Source: Geopsychrobacteraceae bacterium (GTDB lineage Bacteria > Desulfobacterota > Desulfuromonadia > Desulfuromonadales > Geopsychrobacteraceae). From it: a stretch of DNA of 64,000 bases. Of this stretch, positions 8,350 through 18,836 are shown piece by piece. Position 1 is the stretch's first letter. Each line of letters begins with the position of its first letter. Where the stretch lies: NCBI GenBank assembly GCA_963662315.1, contig OY759353.1, positions 288,001 through 352,000 of the forward strand, written 5' to 3'. Both the position numbers and the translations under genes were made by a program. The notes under the pieces are model-generated. The model had not been told where the DNA came from and did no database searches. It worked only from the letters and a program-made list of their open reading frames with translations.

Positions 8350-11053
8350 GGAAGATTTTGAAGTTATAGCGCTGTTGATGTGTAAAAACCTTGGTGATGA
8401 AATTGACAGAACAGCGATTGAACAGAAGGTCAAGGAGCTTGGTGTTCCATATGGTTTTGATGATGATGTTATCTATGAAGTGGTCAGAAAGGTTGAATCT
8501 AGACTTGTTACAACAATGGATGAAGGTGTTTCACTCGTTGATCCTGAGGCGGATCATGATGAAGAGTGGATCAATCAAAAAGAAGGTCTGGAATGGAGCT
8601 ACTGGAATGAATACAGGGAGCAGCTTCTTCTTGAGGGGTGGGGGGATAAGGTTCTTTATTCTTTAGGGGAAGTTACCGATCGGATTCTTGGCCTGTTGAA
8701 AGACCCTGATACTCTTGGGGAATGGGATCGGAGGGGGCTTGTTGTTGGTCATGTGCAGTCAGGTAAAACGGCTAACTATATCGGCCTGATATCCAAGGCA
8801 GCAGATGCTGGCTATCGCTTTATTATCGTAATTGCAGGAATTCACAATAATTTAAGGAAGCAGACTCAGATTCGAATAGATGAAGGTTTTGTAGGTTTGT
8901 CTGCTGATGGTGATAAGACAGAGCGAGTCGGGGTCGGCAATAGAAACCGCTCCAGGCGGGATCCTGTTCCACTGACCAATACGGCCAGTGATTTCAATAA
9001 AAAAACTGCAGGCGTACATCAGAATGACCTTGAGCTTTACGAGCAGGCTGGACGGCCAGCCATCATGGTTATTAAGAAGAACGTGTCTACCCTCAAGCGT
9101 CTTTACAAATGGTTGACAGATCTCAATGCTGATCAGAATGGCCAGATCTCTAAAATCCCGATGCTTCTGATTGATGATGAAGCAGACAATGCATCTATTA
9201 ACACAAATAAAGCAGACCTCAACCCGACTCAGACAAATGCTTGGATAAGACAGCTTCTGAAGGTGTTCAATAAGAGTTGTTATGTAGGATATACGGCTAC
9301 TCCTTTTGCCAATATTTTCATTAATCCGAAAGATGAAGATGAAATGGTGGGAGATGACCTTTTTCCGAGTGACTTTATCTATTGCCTCGATGCCCCGAGT
9401 AATTATTTTGGTGCCGACAAAGTTTTCCTCGACAATGGCATCAGAAAATCTGTTCTTCGAACTATTGATGATGCAGAAGAGTGTTTTCCTCTGTCTCACA
9501 AAAGACATGATCCTGTTCCTGACATTCCTCCTACGGCTAAAAAAGCTATTCAGACATTCCTTATTGCCAAAACAATCAGGAACATCAGAAAGCAGGACAA
9601 TAAACACTGCACAATGATGGTTAATGTGTCTAGGTTCGTGGATATTCAGAGAGAAGTTAGGGGACATATTGCCCACTACCTTTCAGGGATTCAGGACGCG
9701 ATACTTGCTAACTATAAAAAGCCTGTCCACGAGGCACTTCGCAGCCCGATCATGGCTGGTTTAAAGGAAGTCTTTGATTCTGAATACGCAGAATGCCCCG
9801 AGTCATGGGAGTTGGTTCAAGGCTCTCTTTATCAGGCTGCAGATGGAGTTAAAACCTATCTTGTAAACAGCAAGTCTGATGAGTCTCTAGACTATGGAAA
9901 ATATGAAGCGGATGGTGATGCTCTCACTGCTTTAGCGGTTGGTGGACTCAGCCTGTCACGTGGGCTGACTCTTGAGGGTTTGACAGTCAGTTACATGTAT
10001 AGAAACACAAAAATGTATGACACTTTGTTTCAGATGGGTCGATGGTTCGGTTATCGGCCGGGATATGAGGATTTATGCAGGGTGTATCTTTCTGAAGAGT
10101 CACAAGGTTGGTATTCACATATCGCAGAGGTCTCAGAGGATCTCAGGCAGCAAGTAAAGCAGATGAGACGTGATGGATTTAAGCCTGTTGAATTTGGATT
10201 ATATGTTAGGTCTCATCCTGATGCCTTAATAGTAACTGCCTTGAATAAAATGAGACATGCTAAAAAAGTTACCCTCAAAGTTAGTTTCGATGGAGTCCTT
10301 AGGGAAACGCATATGCTTTCCAAGTCAGAGGACACAAGAATTAAAAATCTTATGGTCATGACTTTACTATATGAAACTCTCAATAATGAACAGAAAGCAA
10401 AACGAACTTCCGAGGACAGGGGAACCGTTTGGAGGGAGGTCCCCGCAGGCTATGCGATTGATTTTATTGATAGTTTTATTTTCCACAAAGCACTTCAGTA
10501 TCGTGAAATTGACTACAAAGAAGCGTTTACGAGTTATGCAAGAGAGGTAATAGATACTTATCCATATTGGGATATTGTTTTTGTGTCTTTGGTTGGAGAG
10601 GAACACGCTCATCCTGTATTGCCAATGGCGTTGCAGAAAAGACAGGTGGGTAAGGAAAATAATCGAATAAAGAAAACAGAATCAGAGGATGGGTGGCATG
10701 TTGGCGGTAGACAAAGAGTTTCAGGCAAGAATGTTGAGAGTATCGGTTTAACTGATATTGAAAAGAAAATTGCCCAAGATATTGCAGTGAAAAATAAAGA
10801 CAAAGAGTTAACGGACAGGCATTTCCGCTATGAAGCTGTAAGGGGCAGACCTTTACTGATGCTCCATTTGCTTAATCTTGTCGACGAAGACGATGGTGCT
10901 AATGAAATCCTAGGGAAGATGATGCCTGCAATAGGAATCAGCTTTCCATTCACCGGTCGCTACAGATCTATCGAATGTGTAGCAAATCCAGTTTGGCTGG
11001 AGGGGATGCTTGCCGACTCCCCGCTTGAGGAGGATGATTATGAAATCAACTGA
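8342..11053 (+). CDS. Z1-domain SF2-like helicase/endonuclease
   Basis: GHVQSGKT Walker A, IDDEADNAS, YVGYTATPFAN, LSRGLTLEGLTVSY, DTLFQMGRWFGYRPGYEDLCR. Confidence 0.92.
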   Translation: MLKEDFEVIALLMCKNLGDEIDRTAIEQKVKELGVPYGFDDDVIYEVVRKVESRLVTTMDEGVSLVDPEADHDEEWINQKEGLEWSYWNEYREQLLLEGWGDKVLYSLGEVTDRILGLLKDPDTLGEWDRRGLVVGHVQSGKTANYIGLISKAADAGYRFIIVIAGIHNNLRKQTQIRIDEGFVGLSADGDKTERVGVGNRNRSRRDPVPLTNTASDFNKKTAGVHQNDLELYEQAGRPAIMVIKKNVSTLKRLYKWLTDLNADQNGQISKIPMLLIDDEADNASINTNKADLNPTQTNAWIRQLLKVFNKSCYVGYTATPFANIFINPKDEDEMVGDDLFPSDFIYCLDAPSNYFGADKVFLDNGIRKSVLRTIDDAEECFPLSHKRHDPVPDIPPTAKKAIQTFLIAKTIRNIRKQDNKHCTMMVNVSRFVDIQREVRGHIAHYLSGIQDAILANYKKPVHEALRSPIMAGLKEVFDSEYAECPESWELVQGSLYQAADGVKTYLVNSKSDESLDYGKYEADGDALTALAVGGLSLSRGLTLEGLTVSYMYRNTKMYDTLFQMGRWFGYRPGYEDLCRVYLSEESQGWYSHIAEVSEDLRQQVKQMRRDGFKPVEFGLYVRSHPDALIVTALNKMRHAKKVTLKVSFDGVLRETHMLSKSEDTRIKNLMVMTLLYETLNNEQKAKRTSEDRGTVWREVPAGYAIDFIDSFIFHKALQYREIDYKEAFTSYAREVIDTYPYWDIVFVSLVGEEHAHPVLPMALQKRQVGKENNRIKKTESEDGWHVGGRQRVSGKNVESIGLTDIEKKIAQDIAVKNKDKELTDRHFRYEAVRGRPLLMLHLLNLVDEDDGANEILGKMMPAIGISFPFTGRYRSIECVANPVWLEGMLADSPLEEDDYEIN

Positions 11054-12002
11054 CAGTCTTCCTTGGTATGATATCCAGACACCTCAGAAGGGTTACAATA
11101 TCCAGAGGATAGACCCCAATCATCCGCATGGTTATTTCTGGGCGAAAGACTCTGAGGGGAGCTATCTGCTTTTTCTGGAGCTGACAAAAGAGCTGACAGA
11201 CTTTCTTGATAATAAGTTGGTAGATCTTCAGGGGGTTAAGGCAGATATTACATGGCACCCATCAACTTCTCAGTATTTCTTCAGCCTCAAGTTACAGAAT
11301 AAAGAGGATGCGGACATATTTTACCGGCTCTGCTTTGATCTGATTGATAGAACTGCTGATGTCCATGTACTGAAGGTTGCACTGGAAATTATCAATAACA
11401 GGTTGAAGCGATGGAAGGCGTTCTTGAGGGGAAAGAAGAAGAATATTCTCACTCCTCAAGAAGTCAGAGGCCTGTTTGCGGAATTGATTCTGTTGCAGAA
11501 GGGCCTTCTTGGCACCCAAGAACAGTTGGCCGTTATAGAGGGGTGGCAGGGGCCGTTAGGGGAACCTCAAGATTTTGTGTTTGGTGATTTTGCCGTTGAA
11601 GTTAAATCTATAACAGGTACACAGAAAAACCGGGTTAAGATTTCTTCAGAACACCAGCTGTTCACGCACCTTGATAAACTATACCTTCATGTCACATATC
11701 TTTCTGAATTTCATGATTGTAAAAATGGGCTCTCACTCAATCAACAGGTTGAGGCAGTGCGTGACGCAATCAGCGATCCAGACCACCTTGATGTCTTGGA
11801 AGCCCGGTTGCTGAAAACCGGGTATCTTGAACTCAAGGACTATGACTCTCCCAGCTTTACTGTTTCCCGATGTAAAAGTTTTCTGGTAACGGAAGCTTTC
11901 CCGCGAATCGTACCTGGGGACCTGAAAGACGGTGTGTCCTGCGTAACATATGACTTGGATCTCAAATCAATCGAAAGCTATTTATGTGAACCGCCGATGT
12001 AG
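11040..12002 (+). CDS. DUF4420 PD-(D/E)XK-motif protein
   Basis: GLFAEL, WQGP...QDF...VEVKS, ISSEHQL, FPRI; position between Z1 and AIPR. Confidence 0.88.
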   Translation: MKSTDSLPWYDIQTPQKGYNIQRIDPNHPHGYFWAKDSEGSYLLFLELTKELTDFLDNKLVDLQGVKADITWHPSTSQYFFSLKLQNKEDADIFYRLCFDLIDRTADVHVLKVALEIINNRLKRWKAFLRGKKKNILTPQEVRGLFAELILLQKGLLGTQEQLAVIEGWQGPLGEPQDFVFGDFAVEVKSITGTQKNRVKISSEHQLFTHLDKLYLHVTYLSEFHDCKNGLSLNQQVEAVRDAISDPDHLDVLEARLLKTGYLELKDYDSPSFTVSRCKSFLVTEAFPRIVPGDLKDGVSCVTYDLDLKSIESYLCEPPM

Positions 12003-12013
12003 CAGGGGGACCT

Positions 12014-14089
12014 ATGAGCGATTTTACTCTAGAGGACTATTTTCAAGATATTCGTCAGAGTGCACTTGCCGGATCTGAAGCACGTCAGGATTATCTGGAA
12101 GAAGAATTTCTGTTGAATCTCACAACTGAGCTGGAAGGTTCTGGTGTCTTAGACGGTTTTGAGCCCCGTCATTATAAACCTCCACGTGGTGGGATGAGAG
12201 TCGATGGATATTGGTTTAAGGAGGAAGAGTCTGCTCTCGATCTTTTTATCCTAGATTTTGAAAATAGAGACTCGATTGAATCTCTTACAATGACAGAGGT
12301 TAAAAGTATATTCAAACGCTTGGAAAATTTCTTTACTGGCAGTATTGAAAAGAGACTTTTCAACGGCTTGGAAGAGGCTTCTCAGGGATATGGTTTGTCA
12401 CGAGATATCTTCGACCGCCGTGCTAACTACTCAAAAGTAAACTTTTACCTAATCTCTGAACGTAAGCTCAGTGACCGTGCTGTTGCCTTGGGAGATATCC
12501 AGTTTCTACACTGGAACCTGACTTATCACGTCTGGGACATTTCACGTTTTTACAAGCAACAGATGTCTAGAGGTGCTAAAGAAGATCTGGTTGTCGATCT
12601 GAAGCAATTATGTGGGAGAGGGCTGCAATGCTTGCCTGCACATCTCAACAATGATGACTATGAGTCGTATCTTCTTGTCATGCCAGCCACAGTTTTGTCT
12701 GACCTGTATGGGAAATACGGTGCAAGATTGCTCGAGCAGAATGTGCGTTGTTTTTTACAGGCTCGCGGGAATGTTAATAAGGGCATCAGGGCAACCATAA
12801 TGAATGACCCTGGGATGTTCTTTGCCTACAATAACGGCATCACAGCTACGGCTAAGGAAGTAATTACGAGGGTGAGTTCAGGCGCAATGTTTGTTGAGCA
12901 AATAAGAGACCTTCAGATAGTCAATGGCGGCCAGACGACAGCATCGTTGTTTCACACAAATAAAAGGGATAAAGCAGCTCTTGACCAAGTGTTTGTTCAG
13001 ATGAAACTTTCAGTTGTCGATGAAGAGAAAAGTGAAGAAGTTGTTCCAAGAATATCAGAATATGCGAATACTCAAAATAAGGTCAATGCCGCTGATTTCT
13101 TCTCAAATCATCCTTTTCATGTACGAATGGAAGAGTTTTCCAGAAGACTGTGGGCTCCGCCGATGCCCGGTGCTCTGAGAGATTCCAAGTGGTTCTACGA
13201 AAGAGCTCGTGGGCAATATGCTGATGCACAATCCAAGCTGACCCCGGCTGGACGTAAGAAGTTTCAGGCGGAGAACCCCAAGTCCAGAATGTTTACTAAG
13301 ACCGATCTGGCCAAGTTTGAAAACGTCTGGGATGAGAAGCCTACGTTCGTGAACCTTGGTGCCCAGAAGAACTTTGCAAAGTACGCAGAGAGAATAGGGA
13401 AGGCGTGGGAAAAATCCCAAGACTCCTTCAATGAGTTCTATTTCAAGCGTGCAATTGCCCGGGCAATTATCTTTAAGAGAACTGAAAAGCTTGTTTCCGC
13501 ACAGCCTTGGTATCAAGGTGGATATAGGGCGAATATCGTTGCCTATACATTAGCAATGTTTTCTGAGTACTGCAGAGCAAAGAACCTCTCTCCTGACTTT
13601 GCTTCTATATGGAAAAATCAGGATGTTTCAGCGGCTACCGTTGATTCATTGGAAATGATCGGAAAGTTTGTTTCGGATGACATATCCGTACCACCTGCAG
13701 GTATTTCGAATATTTCTGAATGGTGCAAAAAAGACGCTTGCTGGTCGCGTCTAAAGGACAAATTGTCAGAATTGGACAGCTTGCTTCCTAAGAAGTTTAT
13801 AAGTGAACTGGTTTCAATTGGGGAAATCAAAGAGGTAGCAAAAGAGTCTAGCAAAGCTCAGAAAATAGATAATGGAATTATGGCTCAGGTGCGAGTTGCT
13901 CAGATACCTTCCGATCAATGGGTTTATGTTCTTGAGGCGTGTACGGAGAAAGGAATCTTATCTCCAATGGAAATGGAAATATTGAAGGTGGCGGCCTATT
14001 CAAAAAGGCCCCCTTCAGAAAAACAATCTGTTATATTGCTCGAGACTTTATCAAAGGCTGAACTCGAGGGTATTGTTGTTACCGTATAA
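12014..14089 (+). CDS. AIPR family protein
   Basis: LLEQNVRCFL, FFAYNNGIT, QIVNGGQTT, ANTQNKV, WFYERARGQY. Confidence 0.92.
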   Translation: MSDFTLEDYFQDIRQSALAGSEARQDYLEEEFLLNLTTELEGSGVLDGFEPRHYKPPRGGMRVDGYWFKEEESALDLFILDFENRDSIESLTMTEVKSIFKRLENFFTGSIEKRLFNGLEEASQGYGLSRDIFDRRANYSKVNFYLISERKLSDRAVALGDIQFLHWNLTYHVWDISRFYKQQMSRGAKEDLVVDLKQLCGRGLQCLPAHLNNDDYESYLLVMPATVLSDLYGKYGARLLEQNVRCFLQARGNVNKGIRATIMNDPGMFFAYNNGITATAKEVITRVSSGAMFVEQIRDLQIVNGGQTTASLFHTNKRDKAALDQVFVQMKLSVVDEEKSEEVVPRISEYANTQNKVNAADFFSNHPFHVRMEEFSRRLWAPPMPGALRDSKWFYERARGQYADAQSKLTPAGRKKFQAENPKSRMFTKTDLAKFENVWDEKPTFVNLGAQKNFAKYAERIGKAWEKSQDSFNEFYFKRAIARAIIFKRTEKLVSAQPWYQGGYRANIVAYTLAMFSEYCRAKNLSPDFASIWKNQDVSAATVDSLEMIGKFVSDDISVPPAGISNISEWCKKDACWSRLKDKLSELDSLLPKKFISELVSIGEIKEVAKESSKAQKIDNGIMAQVRVAQIPSDQWVYVLEACTEKGILSPMEMEILKVAAYSKRPPSEKQSVILLETLSKAELEGIVVTV

Positions 14090-14224
14090 AGTTGGATGCG
14101 GCTTAGGGGTAGATGCGATGAGAAATGATGATGCTCAGAGAGTTCTTGGACAGTATACTTATTCGTTCTATATCTTACCTCTATATTTACTAGTTCGCCC
14201 TAGGATTCAACACATTCGCACGTA

Positions 14225-14350
14225 AATCTGTTTTTAGCCACTGATGCACACAGATAAACGCGGATAGAAAACTGAACCATGGTCAGGCCATTCAATCAGT
14301 GCTGATCTGTGAAAATCTGTGGCTGATTTTCTCTGCGTCCACCGCGTCTC
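14225..14350. repeat. Palindromic repeat type B, copy 1 (short)
   Basis: aatctgtttttagccactgatgcacacagat...atcagtgctgatctgtgaaaatctgtggct; near-identical to the cores at about 15903-16010 and 16961-17070. Confidence 0.9.
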
Positions 14351-14357
14351 TGGGGTC

Positions 14358-14427
14358 ATATGCAGGGTCACGTCTTGCAATCCAGTATCAAAATGTGGAA
14401 AAGCAAGACGTTCCCCTGGTGATTTTA
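14358..14427. repeat. REP-like hairpin type A, copy 1
   Basis: gggtcacgtcttgc-N24-gcaagacgttcccc; homologous to 17132-17201 and 18837-18901. Confidence 0.9.
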
Positions 14428-14437
14428 CTGTTAAATG

Positions 14438-15670
14438 TCATTCATACCGCCCCCAAAAGCTGGTCTTACGCCCATGTTTTGCCTTAAGACCATCAAAGTA
14501 ATCCTTATGTGGCTGGAAACCCCGCCAATCGCTGATAACGTCGCTTAACAGATCCAGCTTTTTCAGGTAGCGCGCGCCGTGACCGTAGGTTTTGGTCTGG
14601 GCTCTGGCAAGAATGGAATCAAGCAGGGCACGGTAGATGAGGGTAGCGGACAGAGAGCGGCCGACCGTCTCAAGGTCTGCGGCCAGGTTCGGCAGGGCGT
14701 GATAGTGGTCGCCATTAAGCTGATCGGCACGATTGAAGATGTAGCTCTCTGTTGCCTCCCACTGTTTCATCTGGATGAGAAAACGCAGATCGGTCAGATT
14801 GAGAGTGGTTTGTTGTTGTATAAGGTCAATCTCTTCCATCAGCAGCCGGTCTTTTTGATCTTCGCCGATCAGTTTAATCAGGGTGGTAAAGCCCGCGACA
14901 TCGCGCTGAAAGCGGAACAGCCGCCAGGCGGTTTCGGTCTCAAGTTTTTTGTCTCCGGTTTTGCGGCAGATGTCTAGAAGCAGTCTGTCTCGGTCATGTC
15001 GCCAATGGCTGTCTTTTTCCTGATGACCAAGAAGTTTCTCGCAGGCTACCTGCGGCTGGCCGGATTCCAGATAGACTCGTGCGATATCGAGCCAGACCCT
15101 TAAGCTTGGTTCTTTGCCCCAACTGGCCAGTTCAATCTGTTCAAACAGCTGCGGATCTTTGATCTGGCGGGCCAGGGTGGCGGCGAGGGTGTAATGTGAG
15201 CGGCTGCGGTATTCGTCTGTGTGCTCTTCGGCTTGCCGGGTGAAACGGGCGATCAGGTTGCGGCATGTAGTTGTATCCAGATAGTCGGCGGCATGATCAA
15301 GCAGACTGTCTCGGACGCCATAGGCATCGTCGCTGATGGTTTTACTGACGAGTGCTGCCAGCCACTCTTTGTCGTCACAACGGCGGGCATAGTCGCAGAA
15401 CAGGTCTGTCGCATAATAGCGATAGACATCCCCGACCGTACCGCTGGAATCGTCACATCGGTCAAAGACACTGCGGTCGGTGGTGAAGAAATCTGCAATC
15501 AGGGTTGCTCCGCTTTGGGGATCAGCGACCTGTTCTCGGATATCGCTGAGAAGCTCTTCAAGTTCACGGGCCAGGTATTTTGATTGTCCCCAGGGGACAA
15601 AACGACGGGCACGTTTGAGGGTGCTGAGCTGTTTTTTGATATCCCTGATAAGCGGATTGGCTGGCGGCAT
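14438..15670 (-). CDS. DUF6880-like helical protein
   Basis: 410-aa ORF with RCDDSSGTVGDVY and C-terminal YGHGARYL...HGRKTSFW motifs; GGAG RBS. Confidence 0.75.
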   Translation of the reverse strand: MPPANPLIRDIKKQLSTLKRARRFVPWGQSKYLARELEELLSDIREQVADPQSGATLIADFFTTDRSVFDRCDDSSGTVGDVYRYYATDLFCDYARRCDDKEWLAALVSKTISDDAYGVRDSLLDHAADYLDTTTCRNLIARFTRQAEEHTDEYRSRSHYTLAATLARQIKDPQLFEQIELASWGKEPSLRVWLDIARVYLESGQPQVACEKLLGHQEKDSHWRHDRDRLLLDICRKTGDKKLETETAWRLFRFQRDVAGFTTLIKLIGEDQKDRLLMEEIDLIQQQTTLNLTDLRFLIQMKQWEATESYIFNRADQLNGDHYHALPNLAADLETVGRSLSATLIYRALLDSILARAQTKTYGHGARYLKKLDLLSDVISDWRGFQPHKDYFDGLKAKHGRKTSFWGRYE

Positions 15671-15831
15671 GTCCGAACTCCTATAACTAATAATTTTAAT
15701 AGTTATTTGATGGGCTTGAAGTATGACATCTGTTGAGGATTGATGCCAGTTGCTAAATTTATGTTTGTGTTCCCCTTATATTTAATTATCCGGGGCAGAC
15801 CAAGGGAAATTGCTGTAATCGTTTGTTGATC

Positions 15832-16057
15832 TCTCTTTTTGACGGTTATTTGTGTTTCTAAAGCCTGTTTTTGAGCTCGAAACGATATTTGAATAACCCT
15901 CAATCTGTTTTTAGCCACTGATGCACACAGATAATAGCGGATAGAAAACAGAACTATGTCAGGCCATTCAATCAGTGCCGATCTGTGAAAATCTGTGGCT
16001 GCTTTTCTCTGCGCCTTTTGCGTCTCTTTGTGAGATTGATTTGATTCCCTTTCCGTG
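15832..16057. repeat. Palindromic repeat type B, copy 2 (long, about 225 bp)
   Basis: Direct repeat of 16888-17116; the two copies flank the TA module. Confidence 0.92.
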
Positions 16058-16241
16058 GACAAGTTATGGTCTGATCCTCATTGATCCTCGCCTGAAAGTT
16101 TTTCTAGCTCTTGCCTGGGGCTTTGGCCGGAGAGGTTAGCCAGTTTTTCTAACTTGTCGTAAAAGAGGTTTTTAATTCTTCTGTTTCAGTTACCGGAAAG
16201 GCGAGGCTCTACCCATATTTTAATGGAATTGGGCTGCAGAC

Positions 16242-16270
16242 TTGACGCTGTAGTCAATATTGAATAATTT
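16242..16270 (+). promoter_or_regulatory. Putative TA promoter with palindromic operator
   Basis: TTGACG-N17-TAATTT, with palindrome TCAATATTGA (16254-16263) in the spacer. Confidence 0.5.
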
Positions 16271-16301
16271 TGATACAAACTGTCTTCAGGAGAATACGAA
16301 T

Positions 16302-16562
16302 ATGGCACAAACGACAATGACGGTTCGTCTCAGTGGTCCTTTAAGTGACTTTGTCGCTCAAAACGTTGGTGAGAATGGTTCCTATGAGAATACGAGTGAA
16401 TATATCCGGGACCTTATTCGTCGCGACAAAGAGCGTACAGAACAACAGATGTTTGAACGGCTCAAGGCGGAATTGACGCTTGCTTTTTCTGCTGATGAGG
16501 AAACTTATCGCCCGCTGACCGCTGCAGACGTTATTAAGCGGAATCAGGAAGCACAGGGTTGA
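16302..16562 (+). CDS. ParD-like ribbon-helix-helix antitoxin
   Basis: MTVRLSGPLSDFV...GSYENTSEYIRDLIRRD; AGGAG RBS; coupled to the toxin gene. Confidence 0.85.
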   Translation: MAQTTMTVRLSGPLSDFVAQNVGENGSYENTSEYIRDLIRRDKERTEQQMFERLKAELTLAFSADEETYRPLTAADVIKRNQEAQG

Positions 16563-16873
16563 TGGCCCGGTTTCTGGTTCAGCAGAGTGCCTTGCTGAGA
16601 ATTGATGAAATTTATCGCTATACTCTGAAGGAATGGGGCGCGGCCCAGGCAGAAGCTTATATCATCGGTCTGTTTGACGTTTTTGCGAAAGTGGGTACGC
16701 AGGAAATTATTTCCCGCCCGGTTCCTGCCGAGTTCGGAGTGGACGGCTTTTTCTTCAGGTATGAAAAGCACTTTGTTTCCTGGCGATATTTGAGTAACCA
16801 TAAAATCGGAATCGTCACTATTTTACATGAGCGTATGCATAAGATTGATCGCTTCAAAGATGATTTTGGCTAA
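16562..16873 (+). CDS. ParE/RelE-family toxin
   Basis: IDEIYRYTLKEWGAAQAEAYI...HFV...ILHERM; TGATG overlap with the antitoxin. Confidence 0.88.
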   Translation: MARFLVQQSALLRIDEIYRYTLKEWGAAQAEAYIIGLFDVFAKVGTQEIISRPVPAEFGVDGFFFRYEKHFVSWRYLSNHKIGIVTILHERMHKIDRFKDDFG

Positions 16874-16887
16874 TAACCTTCTAAATT

Positions 16888-17116
16888 TCTCTTTTTTGAC
16901 GGTTGTTTGTGTCTTAAACGCCTGTTTTTGAGGGCGAAATGATATTTGAAAATAACCCTCAATCTGTTTTTAGCCACTGATGCACACAGATAAACGCGGA
17001 TAGAAAACTGAACTATATCAGGCCATTCAATCAGTGCCGATCTGTGAAAATCTGTGGCTGCTTTTCTCTGCGCCCTTTGCGTCTCCGCGTGAGATTGATT
17101 TGATTATATTTCCGTG
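16888..17116. repeat. Palindromic repeat type B, copy 3 (long)
   Basis: Direct repeat of 15832-16057. Confidence 0.92.
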
Positions 17117-17131
17117 AACGGTTGAAAGCAA

Positions 17132-17201
17132 ATATGCGGGGTCATGTCTTGCAATCTAGAATTAAAGTATGGCAAAGCAAGACGTGACCCTAGTGATTTT
17201 A
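17132..17201. repeat. REP-like hairpin type A, copy 2
   Basis: gggtcatgtcttgc-N24-gcaagacgtgaccc. Confidence 0.9.
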
Positions 17202-17234
17202 TTTCGGCCACATATTTCCAATAGGTTTGTTGCT

Positions 17235-17591
17235 ATGCAGAACTTAAATTTAAAAGAAATCAGTCAGCGACTACGTGAATTCGCTGACGCGCGCGATTGG
17301 GAGCAGTTTCATTCGCCTAAAAATTTGTCCATGGCCTTAAGTGTTGAGGCGGGAGAATTGGTGGAATGCTTTCAATGGCTTACTGAAGAACAGTCGTATG
17401 ATCTAAGCGCTAGTCAACTGAATGCTGTTGCCGAGGAAATCGCTGATGTACAGCTTTACCTGATTCGTCTAGCAGACAAACTGGGTGTCGACATTGCTGA
17501 TGCCGTTGAGAAGAAAATTGAGAAAAACGGCGCTAAATATCCCGCGGACAGGGTCAAAGGCAGTTCGAAGAAATATACAGAGTACAAATAA
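17235..17591 (+). CDS. MazG-like nucleotide pyrophosphohydrolase
   Basis: FADARDWEQFHSPKNLSMALSVEAGELVECFQW...EEIADV...KYP. Confidence 0.9.
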   Translation: MQNLNLKEISQRLREFADARDWEQFHSPKNLSMALSVEAGELVECFQWLTEEQSYDLSASQLNAVAEEIADVQLYLIRLADKLGVDIADAVEKKIEKNGAKYPADRVKGSSKKYTEYK

Positions 17592-17654
17592 GAGCGGATG
17601 GGGGACGTGCAACTCCGGAACCGGGGAAGCCTTGATAAAGGAAGAAACATAGTT

Positions 17655-18836
17655 ATGGACAGAAAAATTGGTCAGGGGACACGTGCGGTCTGGGCCGGTG
17701 AGGAAGAGTTACTACTCGGTGCAACCCAGGTTCCGGTCGTGCACAGTGCCGCTTTCGGCTTCAGTGATATGGATGAATGGCTCGATGTGGCTACGGGAAG
17801 GAAAGAGGGGCATATCTACACCCGCAACAGCAATCCGACCGTTGCGGTCTTCGAGGAAAAGGTCCGTATTCTTGAAGGGGCCGAGGCCGCAACCAGCGCC
17901 GCTTCCGGAATGGGAATCATTAGCAGTACCCTGTTTGGACTGCTGGCAAGTGGCGACCGGGTCGTTTCGGTCAAAGACACCTATGGCGGAACCAGCGCCA
18001 TCTTCACCGAATTCATGCCCAGGTTCGGGATCGAGGTCTGCCAATGCGACACTCTCGATGAGCAGCAGATAGAGGAGGAGATCGCCAAGGGGTGCTGTTT
18101 GCTCTACCTGGAGAGCCCGACCAACCCGACCACCAAGGTGACCGACATTGCCAAGCTGGCGCAAGCAGCCCATGCAGTTGGCGCCTTGGTTGTGGTTGAC
18201 AATACTGCGGCAACGCCGATCAACCAGAATCCCCTCGCCCTGGGTGCCGATGTCGTGGTCCACAGCGCCACCAAATATCTCGGTGGCCATGCCGATGCCC
18301 TCGGCGGCGTTGCCTGTGGCAGCAGGGAGTTGATCGGAAAAATCTATCATTACCGCGAAATCCATGGCGCCATCCTGGAGCCGATGTCCGCTTACCTGCT
18401 GCTGCGCGGAATGAAAACCCTCGCTCTACGCATCGAGCGCCAGAACAGCAATGCGCTGCAGATTGCCCGCTTCCTGGAGCAGCATCCGGCCATTGAGCAG
18501 GTGAATTACCCTGGACTTCCGTCCCATCCCGGACATGACATCGCCCGCAGACAGATGAAAGGGTTCGGCGGCATCCTCAGCTTCATGCTCAAGGAGAACA
18601 GCCTGGATGCTGTCGGCAGGTTCATCGCGCGGCTGCGTTTTGCCCATGCCGCCGGCAATCTGGGAGCGGTCGAAACCATCGTCGCCCCGCCCGCAACCAG
18701 CAGTCACGTCGAATGTACCCCTGAAGAACGTGCCCGCCTGGGAATACCGGAGGGGCTGATCCGTTATTCGACCGGGATTGAAAATGTGGAAGATCTTATC
18801 GGCGACCTGGAAGCTGCCTTGAAACAGTTTATCTAG
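17655..18836 (+). CDS. Cystathionine gamma-synthase/lyase family PLP enzyme
   Basis: YTRNSNPT, SGMG, ESPTNP, VDNT, HSATKYLGGH (PLP lysine), IRYSTGIE. Confidence 0.92.
   Translation: MDRKIGQGTRAVWAGEEELLLGATQVPVVHSAAFGFSDMDEWLDVATGRKEGHIYTRNSNPTVAVFEEKVRILEGAEAATSAASGMGIISSTLFGLLASGDRVVSVKDTYGGTSAIFTEFMPRFGIEVCQCDTLDEQQIEEEIAKGCCLLYLESPTNPTTKVTDIAKLAQAAHAVGALVVVDNTAATPINQNPLALGADVVVHSATKYLGGHADALGGVACGSRELIGKIYHYREIHGAILEPMSAYLLLRGMKTLALRIERQNSNALQIARFLEQHPAIEQVNYPGLPSHPGHDIARRQMKGFGGILSFMLKENSLDAVGRFIARLRFAHAAGNLGAVETIVAPPATSSHVECTPEERARLGIPEGLIRYSTGIENVEDLIGDLEAALKQFI

Noticed and set aside
15703..16062. 119-aa minus-strand ORF, plus the 14299-14501 ORFs
   Set aside because: They are read through the type B/A palindromic repeats and are unlikely to be real genes.
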